From Candidatus Poribacteria bacterium (GTDB taxonomy: Bacteria; Poribacteria; WGA-4E; JAJDTR01): 64,000 nt of DNA. Shown piece by piece: positions 50,613-60,190 of this stretch. The DNA lies in contig JAPPIK010000015.1 of assembly GCA_028820655.1 (NCBI GenBank), positions 7,562 to 71,561 of the forward strand, read 5' to 3'. The notes beneath the pieces were generated by a model that was not told the DNA's origin, searched no databases, and saw only the letters and a program-made list of their open reading frames with translations. Position numbers and translations under genes: made by a program. Each line of letters starts with the position of its first letter. Position 1 is the first letter of the stretch.

Positions 50613-52670
50613 TCACTGCAAATGCTTATCCATCCATTCGACAATACGGTTCAGCCGGTGTATACGCAAGTCCGGAGGACCGCTGCGGGACAAATCGTGG
50701 CTCGCCTCCGGCGGATAACGAACGAACTCAACCTCGCGTTTGAGCCGTTTCAGGGCGATAAACAACTGTTCAGCCTGCTCAATCGGGCATCGCAGATCGC
50801 CCTCGCTGTGGAGAATTAGCAGGGGCGTACTTATATTTTGAACGTGGCTCAACGGTGACAGTTTCCAGTAGAACGTCGGATCTTCCCACACCTCCGACGA
50901 GAAGTAGGTGCGGTCGCCCATCAGTTGCACATCGCACGTTCCCGCCATGCTTATCATGTTTGTGACGCTGCGCTGTGTCACGGCGGCTTTGAACCGGTCG
51001 GTATGGCTGACAATCCAATTCGTCATGAATCCGCCGTAGCTGCCTCCGGTTACGCCCAACCGTTCGGAATCGACGTAGCCTTGGTCGATGACATAATCAA
51101 CCGCCGCCATGAGATCGTCGAAGTCCGGACCGCCCCAATCCCCTCGAATTGCAGCCGCATACGTCTCTCCGTAACCTTTACTGCCGCGCGGGTTGGTGTA
51201 AATTACGACATAGCCTCGGGCTGCAAGGAACTGGAATTCATGAAAAAAGGCGTTGCCGTATTGTGTGTGGGGACCTCCATGGATCTCAAGAATCAACGGA
51301 TATTTCTGTTGGGGGTCGAAATCGGGAGGTTTGACAATCCAGCCATGAATCTTTCCCCCATCGTACGTGTCAAACCAAATCTCCTCGGCGTCGGACAGAG
51401 CCAATTCGGCATTCCACTCACGATTCACGTCAGTCAGCCGCACCGGTGTGTTCCCCTCGGCATCCCCAATAGGGAGCAGATAAACATCCCCGGGTTCAGT
51501 GAAACTCCCGATTTGTAGCACAAGCCTGGTCGTCTCGCTATCCGCGGAGAATGCGCACACATCGATTGCGCCTTGCGTCAACTGTCGAGGCTCGCCGCCG
51601 TTGCGATTCACGGCGTAGAGATGGCAACTTCCTTGATCGCTAACGAGGAAAAACAGACGGGCGCCGTCCGCACTCCAAATTAGGGATACCGCACCGACGT
51701 CGGATTCGGACGTATCGCCAAGCGTGTGGTGCCCGACGGGCCGGTCAATGCCGACGGTCAGGTCTTGCGCCTCCCCACTTTCCACCGATACGACCCGTAG
51801 ATGCGGATCGGACACACCCCAGATTTCGTCCGGACGGTCGTGTCCGATGCAAGCAATTTCCGCGCCATCGGGGGACCAAACAGGGTTTTGCATGTGCCCG
51901 GACTGTTTCGTCACTCGCCGCGCTGCCCCGCCATCGGAAGGAATCAGCCACAGATCCTGATAACCTGGCGTCAGGTCCCCATCCTCGGTGCGATTTGAAA
52001 CGAAAGCGATGGTTCGTCCATCGGGGGACCATGCGGGGGAGCGGTCGTCGTAATCCTCGGAGGTGAGTTGATTCACGTGCCCCGTTTCTACGCATACGGT
52101 CTGTAAATGCCACCGTTCGCCGCCGTTGTATCCGGCGCCGTCCTCCCGGTAGCCGGCTCGGCGGATGACGCGGGGTGGGTAAGACCCGTGTTCCTCTTCG
52201 CGGGCGTCGCGCTCCTCTTTCCGATCCGCGGGAGGAATTGCGCGGAACGCGAAGGCAATCTTCGTCCCGTCGGGCGACCACGCCAGCGAAGCTAGGCTCC
52301 CTTCCTCCAGTTGCCCCAACTGTTCCGCTTCTCCGCCATCCACGGGAATGAGCCAAATCTGGGAAGAATCGCTCCGGTCGGAGATAAAGGCGATACGCCG
52401 TCCGTCGGGTGACCAACGCGGCGAGATGTCGCCGTAATCGCCCACGGTGAAACGACGAGGTTCGCCGCCGTCTGTGGGCACAAGCCAGAGATTGGAGAAA
52501 TATCTGTTCTTTTCCGGGTTTATCCACCGCAAGACAAATGCCACGAGTGTCCCGTCAGGCGATAGTTGGGGTCCGGAAACAAAGCGCATAGTGAGAAGAT
52601 CTTCAGCGCTTATCTTGCGGGGTTTTGTTGCCATCATGACCCTCTCTTCTGTGTGTTTGCTCTCTGACAT
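50613..52670 (-). CDS. S9 family peptidase (acylaminoacyl/dipeptidyl peptidase)
   Basis: WSPDG propeller repeats, IHGGP, GGSYGG, D-LRCP, SHDLSR; alternative start 52637. Confidence 0.95.
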   Translation of the reverse strand: MSESKHTEERVMMATKPRKISAEDLLTMRFVSGPQLSPDGTLVAFVLRWINPEKNRYFSNLWLVPTDGGEPRRFTVGDYGDISPRWSPDGRRIAFISDRSDSSQIWLIPVDGGEAEQLGQLEEGSLASLAWSPDGTKIAFAFRAIPPADRKEERDAREEEHGSYPPRVIRRAGYREDGAGYNGGERWHLQTVCVETGHVNQLTSEDYDDRSPAWSPDGRTIAFVSNRTEDGDLTPGYQDLWLIPSDGGAARRVTKQSGHMQNPVWSPDGAEIACIGHDRPDEIWGVSDPHLRVVSVESGEAQDLTVGIDRPVGHHTLGDTSESDVGAVSLIWSADGARLFFLVSDQGSCHLYAVNRNGGEPRQLTQGAIDVCAFSADSETTRLVLQIGSFTEPGDVYLLPIGDAEGNTPVRLTDVNREWNAELALSDAEEIWFDTYDGGKIHGWIVKPPDFDPQQKYPLILEIHGGPHTQYGNAFFHEFQFLAARGYVVIYTNPRGSKGYGETYAAAIRGDWGGPDFDDLMAAVDYVIDQGYVDSERLGVTGGSYGGFMTNWIVSHTDRFKAAVTQRSVTNMISMAGTCDVQLMGDRTYFSSEVWEDPTFYWKLSPLSHVQNISTPLLILHSEGDLRCPIEQAEQLFIALKRLKREVEFVRYPPEASHDLSRSGPPDLRIHRLNRIVEWMDKHLQ

Positions 52671-52986
52671 TCCATCGCCGAGAGTTTCATATGTCCTTCG
52701 TGTGTATGGATGATAACATATGCGAGGGTACAAATAAAGCATGGCTAACACGTTGGTTGGGTTGAACGTCGCCGGTGAATACTACCGAGCTTTCCAGGTA
52801 GCTATCGAGGGTTAAACTCGCCTGGCGTCTCCCGAATCTAGTGGAACCCATCTTGATACTCATCTTCCGCATAATAGTCTCGTGTAATCTCGAATTTTCA
52901 CATCCTAGATTTTAGGGCATATCTCCACGAACGGGCAAAAATCACCTAGATACTTCCGCGAGTCCGATCGATTAACCGATTTTCCC

Positions 52987-53725
52987 TATCAAGTAACACT
53001 TTTTCAAAACCAATCTTAGAGAAGGAAATCTGAACCACAATCTGTTAGATTGTGATCCGCAAGCTAACAGTTTGCGGTACAAGAGTGTTGCTTGCTGAAT
53101 GAATTATTCCGACAGGGATAATGGGGCGCGCTCAAGTAACACTCGACATTGCACTCCTCTATCAAGTAACACTTTTTCAAAACCAATCTTAGAGAAGGAA
53201 ATCTGTACCACAATCTGTTAGATTGTGATCCGCAAACTAACAGTTTACGGTACAAGCGTGTTGGTTGCTGAATGAATTATTCCGACAGGGTTGATGGCGT
53301 GCTATCAAGTAACACTCGACATTGCACTCCGCTGGAGTGCAGACGCGAGGAGTAATCGTGTACTATTGACATTTCACTCCGCTGGAGTGAAAACCAGACC
53401 ACGAAGGAACACTTTTACGGCCAGTCATAGAGCGAAAAATTAATGTGACCCGCTGATGGATTGTGATCGCAAACTAACAGTTTGCGGTACAAGAGTGTTG
53501 GTTGCTGAATGAATTATTCCGACAGGGATAATGGGGCGCGCTCAAGTAACACTCGACATTGCACTCCTCTGGAGTGCAGACGCGAGGAGGAATCGTGTTC
53601 TATTGACATCTCGCTCCGCCGGAGTGAAAAACATGCCGGTAAGGAACGTTATTGCAGAGCCTGTCACGGAGCGAAGAAGGCGTGTTACTTGCTGAAAGAA
53701 TTATACCGACAGGGATAATGGCACG
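52987..53725 (+). repeat. Nested ~172-bp tandem repeats built from REP-like hairpins and family B
   Basis: 52987-53158 is close to 53159-53330, partial third copy ~53460-53580; related to 33400-33535 and 34425-34570. Confidence 0.85.
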
Positions 53726-54061
53726 CTGTCAATCATGATGCGGGATAGATCGCCTGAGAAATTAAACTTTTGGGTGCTCAATAATGCGGAAGATAAGTAA
53801 CGATTGACGCATGGTTTAATTCGGATGTTGGGTTTCACTAAGTCTTTTTATTCAATAGCATGGTTTAGAAACAGAACGATGATTAGCATTGGGAAGCGAT
53901 CATGTTTAAACGTCCAACCCAACCTACACTGCTGTGGATTCTCTTGTTCCACACCCCGCAATCTGTTATACTACGCGAGTTGCAATTTACAAGCACAATC
54001 TAACAGATTGTGCTACAAAGGCGGCAACATAACTTATACAAATTCAAAGCGGAGAAGAGTA

Positions 54062-54673
54062 TTGGCAGATAGAAAATCAACAAATATTACGTGGTATGAG
54101 GCGACAATTACGCGGGAAGACAGAGAACAGCTTCTCGATCAAAAAGGCTGTGTGCTCTGGTTCACCGGGCTGTCCGCTTCCGGCAAATCCACCCTGGCGC
54201 ACGAGGTGGAAAACGCACTGCACGGACGCGGTCGGCTGACCTACGTGCTCGACGGCGATAACGTCCGCCACGGACTGAACAATAACCTCGGATTCTCGCC
54301 GGAGGATCGGGAGGAGAATATTCGCCGCATCGGAGAGGTATCGAAACTGTTCGCGGATTCCGGCGTCATCGTGATAACGGCGTTCATCTCGCCCTATCGC
54401 GGCGACCGGGACAAAGCGCGGGAATTGGTTGAAGACGGTCGTTTTTTTGAGGTTTTTGTCGACTGTCCGTTGGAGGTGTGTGAGGAACGGGATCCGAAGG
54501 GTTTGTACAAGAAAGCGCGGGCGGGCGAAATCCCGGAGTTTACGGGAATCAGCGCGCCCTACGAAGAACCGGACAGCCCCGAACTCACGGTGAACACGGC
54601 AGAGCTAACACTTGAACAGTGCGGTGAGAGGGTTGTCAAGATTCTTGAAGACAGGGGATTGATTCCCGGATAA
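54062..54673 (+). CDS. cysC: Adenylyl-sulfate kinase
   Basis: [43 protein letters not shown]; TTG start after GGAG. Confidence 0.96.
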   Translation: MADRKSTNITWYEATITREDREQLLDQKGCVLWFTGLSASGKSTLAHEVENALHGRGRLTYVLDGDNVRHGLNNNLGFSPEDREENIRRIGEVSKLFADSGVIVITAFISPYRGDRDKARELVEDGRFFEVFVDCPLEVCEERDPKGLYKKARAGEIPEFTGISAPYEEPDSPELTVNTAELTLEQCGERVVKILEDRGLIPG

Positions 54674-54718
54674 TCAACGCCTCAAACTCTACGGAAACAG
54701 GGGCGGCAATCGTAGCCC

Positions 54719-55348
54719 CTACCATTTCTGAAATAGCGTCACATTCTTTCGCGGAAACTCCACCTTCCATCCATACCGTCCTGCGATCCATACCATGGTT
54801 TCACGCGTATAGAAACACACATGCGTCGGTTCACGGTGGTACCACCAACCCGCGAAATTCACTTCCGGCTCCAACATCTCGGTCATGATCCCTAGCCAAC
54901 CGCCGCTTCGCAGCAGTGCGTCCAGTCGTTGAAACTCCTTTCCCGGTCGATAGAAATGTTCGACCGTCTCCGTGCACGTGATGAAATCGAATTCGCGTTC
55001 AAGCGGATCGGGGCAGGGCGCGAAGAAGGGGTCGTAGAGGCTCATCCGGAATCCCTGCTCCTCAAGCATCACGGAGAGCGTCGGTCCCGGTCCCGAGCCG
55101 AAGTCGAGTCCTTCGGCGTCGGGGGCCAACTTGGGAATAAGGTGGGCGCTCAAACGGCTGAGGAACTCACGGTAGCGTGCGTCGTCAGGACTGTTCTCGT
55201 GGAGTTTATAGCGGGCAAGTTCGGCATCCCCGTCCAAATAATGTTCCGATGACAGGAAGGTTAGTTGGCAGGCACGGCAGCGCCAGTAGTGCTTTTCGTC
55301 AACGGTTGCGAAATCTCGGACGTGCTCCGAGAGGCAGAGCGGGCACAT
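54719..55348 (-). CDS. Class I SAM methyltransferase with N-terminal zinc ribbon
   Basis: CPLC...CRAC, LDFGSGPGP, YDPFF, EPTHVCFY. Confidence 0.92.
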   Translation of the reverse strand: MCPLCLSEHVRDFATVDEKHYWRCRACQLTFLSSEHYLDGDAELARYKLHENSPDDARYREFLSRLSAHLIPKLAPDAEGLDFGSGPGPTLSVMLEEQGFRMSLYDPFFAPCPDPLEREFDFITCTETVEHFYRPGKEFQRLDALLRSGGWLGIMTEMLEPEVNFAGWWYHREPTHVCFYTRETMVWIAGRYGWKVEFPRKNVTLFQKW

Positions 55349-55350
55349 GT

Positions 55351-56085
55351 CTAACCGAGGTTGCCGATTTGCGTTTGAACCCAAAGCGCGACTTTGGTCA
55401 CCATAACGCTGGTTGCCTCGTCGCTAAAAACATGGTCAGCACCCGCAAGTTCAATCAACTCTTTTGGCTGGTTGGCGATCTCTAATATCTCGCGCGATTC
55501 AGCTATCGGCACAACGTCATCCTCGGTACCGTGAACGAGCAGCCAAGGAACCGTAATCCGCGAGGCGCGATTCACCACGCTGTCGATCTGTGCCATGTCA
55601 TCCATATAGGCACTTGAAAGCGGACATTCCGGTTTGTCCCACATTAAACCTTCATCGGGCGTTTCGCCGCCGAATTCGGTTTGAGCGAAGGTCTTGGTGT
55701 GAACCATGCCGGCTAGTGAAACCAGCAACTTAATCCGACTGTCACGACTCGCGCGCAGAACGCCTACGGCGCCGCCCATGCTGTGACCGGCGTAGCAGAC
55801 CGAGTAGCCGCTCAAAGCATCGAGTACGGACCCGAGATCCTCAACTTCCTTCGAGATTGTCGAGTCAACAAATCTCCCTTCGGAGTCTCCGTTTCCCGAG
55901 AAGGAGAAGCGCAGCACGGGGATACCGGAAGCGGCCAACCCGTTCGCCAGTGCAACGACAAAAGGACGGTCCTTGTTGCCGGTGACGCCGTGCCCCAGCA
56001 CCACAATGTGCTTGGAATCTCCTTCCCCTTGATGAAAACTGTAATCAAGTCGTTCGCCATGTGAATTTCTTATATCACCGAACAT
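55351..56085 (-). CDS. Alpha/beta hydrolase
   Basis: HG, FSGNGDSEG, GHSMGG, HGTEDDVV, GADH. Confidence 0.92.
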   Translation of the reverse strand: MFGDIRNSHGERLDYSFHQGEGDSKHIVVLGHGVTGNKDRPFVVALANGLAASGIPVLRFSFSGNGDSEGRFVDSTISKEVEDLGSVLDALSGYSVCYAGHSMGGAVGVLRASRDSRIKLLVSLAGMVHTKTFAQTEFGGETPDEGLMWDKPECPLSSAYMDDMAQIDSVVNRASRITVPWLLVHGTEDDVVPIAESREILEIANQPKELIELAGADHVFSDEATSVMVTKVALWVQTQIGNLG

Positions 56086-56343
56086 AGATTTCCTCGAATC
56101 GAAAATTATTGCAGATAGAAACAACCGACGCTTTGGCTATCGCCGGTTACGTGTGATTAGATGTTGGGTTTCGCTAGACATGTGAGGTTTCTCGCAAAAC
56201 CGAACACCGAAAACGAAAGGAATTGCCCGGTGTGCTTCACGGTTGCCGTTCAACCCAACCTACGTACCTGAGTATACGCTAGGGTATGTTGACATTTATG
56301 TAAGGTGTGTCCATAATTCGCCCATAAGTCTCTATTTTAGAGG

Positions 56344-56408
56344 AGAGGTAAGATCTCTACCGGTCTTCTATCGCGCTCGCGTTCCACTCGCTTGATCCCA
56401 ACCTCTAC
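56344..56408 (+). repeat. Family A inside REP AGAGGT..CCCAACCTCTAC
   Basis: agaggtaa[gatctctaccggtcttctatcgcgctcgcgttccactcgcttgat]cccaacctctac. Confidence 0.82.
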
Positions 56409-56581
56409 GGAAATTGACCCAATGTAGGGGCGGTCATTGTGGTTACCCCTACATACTGCCTCAAGTGAATCAATATTTGCTCAATTTTCAGATGTCAACA
56501 GAACCTAGATTATTCTCGATATTTGTGCTATTATTTAGTTTGGAGAGTATAAGTGACTCTCAACAACAAAGGAGACTTTCG

Positions 56582-56839
56582 ATGGACACATTAAAGAAAT
56601 TCGGGATTTGGGCGGCAATTGCGGTAGCGATAGTTACTGTTATCTCGTTTTGGCGTGATGTTCCGACTCAATCCGAAATGAACACGGGATTTGGTCTAAT
56701 TCGAGCCGATATTCAGGCACTACGCCAAGAGTTAACGCGTATAGAATCTGGTATTCAGACGAATACTCAAAACCACATAAACCATCTAGAACACCATGGC
56801 GAAAAAGTCTCAGTGGTGCGCGAATCCCAAGACAAGTGA
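56582..56839 (+). CDS. Small membrane-anchored coiled-coil protein
   Basis: AAGGAG RBS, one TM, heptad-like C-terminus. Confidence 0.7.
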   Translation: MDTLKKFGIWAAIAVAIVTVISFWRDVPTQSEMNTGFGLIRADIQALRQELTRIESGIQTNTQNHINHLEHHGEKVSVVRESQDK

Positions 56840-57041
56840 TTCTGTACGCCCAATGCTCCAATGAAACTTTGGGGTTCCAAGAGGGTAAAACACAATAGGT
56901 GCGACGGAATCGGAACTAAGGATTTGGGAGTTGCGTGATAATTTACCGGTTGGGACTCGCGAAGGGAGATAGCGCAAAAAACCTCCCGACTTGCCCTGCA
57001 ACAGGGGCAAGCCAAGAGGTATCTGTTTCAAACAGGTGTGC

Positions 57042-59348
57042 CTACCTACTACCGTTGCCGTTGCTCTTCAGCGCATTGACAATCTTCTCCGGCTTAATCG
57101 GCAGGTCGTTGATTCGTACACCGGTGGCATCGGTAACCGCGTTGGCAAAGGTGGCTAACGTTGGCGTGAGGGAGGGCTCGCCGACCCCTTTGGCGCCGTA
57201 AGGTCCGTTGGGAGCGGGCACTTCCACGATGACACTCTCTATCCTGGGAATATCCGCCGATGTCGGGACGCGGTAATCAACGAAACCGGGATTCACATTT
57301 CCCTTCTCGTCGTACTGCATCTCCTCCATCATCGACCAAGCGTATCCCTGAACGACTCCGCCTTCAATCTGCCCTTCAACGGCTATCGGATTAATCGCAA
57401 AACCCACATCCTGCGAGGCGACCGTCTTGAGAACTTTGGTGGTCCCCGTTTCCGGGTTGACCTCGACTTTGGCGATCTGAACCGCCACGGCGGGGGCGCT
57501 CAGTTTTCCCGATAGCGACCCCTTGCCGACAATCGGACCGCCGGTCGTGCTCAAGCTGTATGCCGCCAACTCGCCAAGTGAAAGCGATTTGGGCGCATCC
57601 CCGTTTGTCAAAGACACTTTTCCATCTTTGAGTTCCACATTTGCGATGTCCGTGTTCAACCGTTGCGACGCTAGCTCCAGTAGCCGCTGGCGGGCGTCCT
57701 CGGCTGCCAGTTTCGCGGTGTTGCCCATGGTGAAAGTGACAACGCTTCCGCCCGAGCCGGTATTGTACGGCGCCGAATTGGTGTCGCCGCGAGTGATGGA
57801 CACCTGATCATAAGGCACCGTAAGCACTTCGGCGGCAATCTGCGCCATCGCCGTGTCTGTTCCGGTGATGTCCATCGATCCGTGGAACAGTCGAATGCTT
57901 CCGTCTTCATGAACGGAGACGTATACCGCACCCGGTCCGCACCCGTTTGTCCAATCGCCGACCGCAACGCCCCATCCCTGATTCGGTTCCTTCTTACGGT
58001 TCCACCAGTCAACGGCATCCGCCGCCGCTTGGAGGGTTTCTTTGTAACCCACTATCGGCTCGATAGCACCTGCGGGAACCTGGTCGCCCTCCTCCCTCAT
58101 GTTCTTCATGCGGAGGTCTACGGGATCCATGCCGATGATATCCGCGATTTCATCGAGCTGGGATTCACCCGCGAAAATGGCCTGCGGGGCTCCCGGCGCG
58201 CGGTACGATGTGGTACCGGACTTGTTGGTGTGTACCGCGTAAGCATCCATCTGAAGGTGCGGGAACTTGTATACGCCGCGAATACGAATGGTGTTGGCAA
58301 TGGGGCCGCCGGCGACCGAGCCGCAATCCCAGAAGGCGAGGGCTTTGCGAGCAACCAGCGTTCCGTCATTCATCGCGCCGGTCTTGAGTTTGATGATGCA
58401 GCCGGCACCCGGTCTCCCGTCAAGAAACTCCTCTTCGCGCGTCAACTGCGCCTTGACGGGACGTCCCGTTTTTTGCGATAGGATCACGGCCGGCACGTGT
58501 GTGGCTTGGATATTGAAGCGTCCACCGAAGCCGCCGCCCATGGTCACACCGACGACGTTGATGTCACTGAGCGGAATACCGAGCACACCGGCAATCCCGG
58601 AACGAATGGCGAAATGACCTTGAGTGCTCGCCCAAACCGTGAGTTTTCCGGAAGGCTCCGCGTGGGCGACGGACACATGCGGCTCCATGTACACCTGATG
58701 AACGCGCGGGATGGTATACGTACCTTCGACGACGATATCGGACTCGGCAAACCCCTTTTCCGCATCGCCCGCGGATTCATGGGTCTCGCCTGCAACATTG
58801 TAGTAAATCTCGTCGTCAAGTCCTTCCAACTCGGTATTCAATCTATCGATCTCGGCGCTGTTGTCCTCGTCCGTCACTTTAGAAAGCTTCTTAAGTTGCC
58901 TCGTAATGACGCGCCTTCTCGGTCCGTCCTTAGTTTTGTCGTTGAGCAGATTTGGTGAATCGGGCTTGATAGACTCCATCACATCCTGCACGACGGTCAG
59001 CGGCTCGTATTCGACTTTGACGAGGTCCGCCGCTTCCTCCGCGATGTCCGGATCGGTTGCGGCAACCGCGCCTAGCGCCTCGCCGTAATACAGCACCTTA
59101 TCCTTCGCAAACACCGCCCGACCGGTCGGGATATCGTCCTGCGTGATAATCGCGTGAACCCCGGGTAACTTCTCAGCCTCGCTCGTATCAATGCCGACGA
59201 TTTTGGCGTGAACTTCGGTGCTACGGAAAATCCTTGCGTGGAGCATTCCGGGAAAGTTGATATCCGCTCCGTATTTTGCCGCGCCGGTCACCTTTTCGAG
59301 GGCGTCAACTCTTGGTAGCCGTTTTCCAACAACTGCATGTTCTGACAT
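57042..59348 (-). CDS. Xanthine dehydrogenase family molybdopterin-binding subunit
   Basis: KVTGAAKY, YMEP, GGGFGG, YRAPG, GQIEGG, AKGVGE. Confidence 0.95.
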   Translation of the reverse strand: MSEHAVVGKRLPRVDALEKVTGAAKYGADINFPGMLHARIFRSTEVHAKIVGIDTSEAEKLPGVHAIITQDDIPTGRAVFAKDKVLYYGEALGAVAATDPDIAEEAADLVKVEYEPLTVVQDVMESIKPDSPNLLNDKTKDGPRRRVITRQLKKLSKVTDEDNSAEIDRLNTELEGLDDEIYYNVAGETHESAGDAEKGFAESDIVVEGTYTIPRVHQVYMEPHVSVAHAEPSGKLTVWASTQGHFAIRSGIAGVLGIPLSDINVVGVTMGGGFGGRFNIQATHVPAVILSQKTGRPVKAQLTREEEFLDGRPGAGCIIKLKTGAMNDGTLVARKALAFWDCGSVAGGPIANTIRIRGVYKFPHLQMDAYAVHTNKSGTTSYRAPGAPQAIFAGESQLDEIADIIGMDPVDLRMKNMREEGDQVPAGAIEPIVGYKETLQAAADAVDWWNRKKEPNQGWGVAVGDWTNGCGPGAVYVSVHEDGSIRLFHGSMDITGTDTAMAQIAAEVLTVPYDQVSITRGDTNSAPYNTGSGGSVVTFTMGNTAKLAAEDARQRLLELASQRLNTDIANVELKDGKVSLTNGDAPKSLSLGELAAYSLSTTGGPIVGKGSLSGKLSAPAVAVQIAKVEVNPETGTTKVLKTVASQDVGFAINPIAVEGQIEGGVVQGYAWSMMEEMQYDEKGNVNPGFVDYRVPTSADIPRIESVIVEVPAPNGPYGAKGVGEPSLTPTLATFANAVTDATGVRINDLPIKPEKIVNALKSNGNGSR

Positions 59349-59471
59349 GGCGCTCCTACCTTCTCTAATTGAATGAGTCAAGGAAACTATTTCGTTCGTG
59401 GTAGTGTAAAGGCTCTGTTAAACGGAAGTGCAATACTCGTGAGTCAATACTGTCAGCAACGGTGCCTTGCG

Positions 59472-59666
59472 CTACAGACTCGCGACCGCATCTTGCAACT
59501 TGCCGCGTCCCAAAGCAACATTACATCGCTTACACGTATTGATGGTTTTGTCACCAATCTCGCGGCTGTAAAGCACCTTAACACCGGTTCTGTTGCATAC
59601 CGGGCAGGTGCCTCTGCCACTGTTATATTCCGAACGGATGCCGTGTCCTCTATGGGTTTTAGCCAT
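59472..59666 (-). CDS. Small basic zinc-finger protein (CxxC...CxxC)
   Basis: MAKTHRGHGIR...GRGTCPVCNRTGVK...CKRC; AGGAG RBS. Confidence 0.75.
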   Translation of the reverse strand: MAKTHRGHGIRSEYNSGRGTCPVCNRTGVKVLYSREIGDKTINTCKRCNVALGRGKLQDAVASL

Positions 59667-59692
59667 TCTCATCTCCTACTTTCGTATCGTGA

Positions 59693-60172
59693 TTAAGCAT
59701 TTGCGCGCATTGTTTCCGCCGCGCTCAGGACAGCCTCGACTATTTTCGTGTACCCGGTGCACCGGCAGATGTTTCCGCCAAGTGCGTGCCTCATTTCGTC
59801 TTCCGGTATATCAAGATTGTCGTCGAGGAGCGCTTTGGCCGCCATGATGAAGCCGGGAGTACAGAAACCGCACTGGTATCCACCCGTCTCCAAAAAGGCT
59901 TGCTGAACCGGGTGCAATTGGTCGGGGCTGGAAATCCCTTCGATTGTCGTAACCTCTTTACCGTTTGCGCTGACCGCAAGCAGCATGCACGATGTGACCG
60001 GTTCGCCATCAACAATTACCGTGCAAGCGCCGCAATCGCCGGTGCTGCACCCCTCTTTTGTCCCAGTCAACCCGATTGTATCCCGAATGACCGCCAACAA
60101 GGTTTTGCGGGGCTCGACAAACAACTCCTGCAAATCACCATTGATGGTGAAACTTATCGGATGTTTCCTCAT
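59693..60172 (-). CDS. (2Fe-2S)-binding subunit (CoxS/XdhC-like)
   Basis: GCSTGDCGACTV, QCGFCTPG, CRCTGY. Confidence 0.96.
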   Translation of the reverse strand: MRKHPISFTINGDLQELFVEPRKTLLAVIRDTIGLTGTKEGCSTGDCGACTVIVDGEPVTSCMLLAVSANGKEVTTIEGISSPDQLHPVQQAFLETGGYQCGFCTPGFIMAAKALLDDNLDIPEDEMRHALGGNICRCTGYTKIVEAVLSAAETMRANA

Positions 60173-60190
60173 ATTTGCGCGGTTCCTTTT

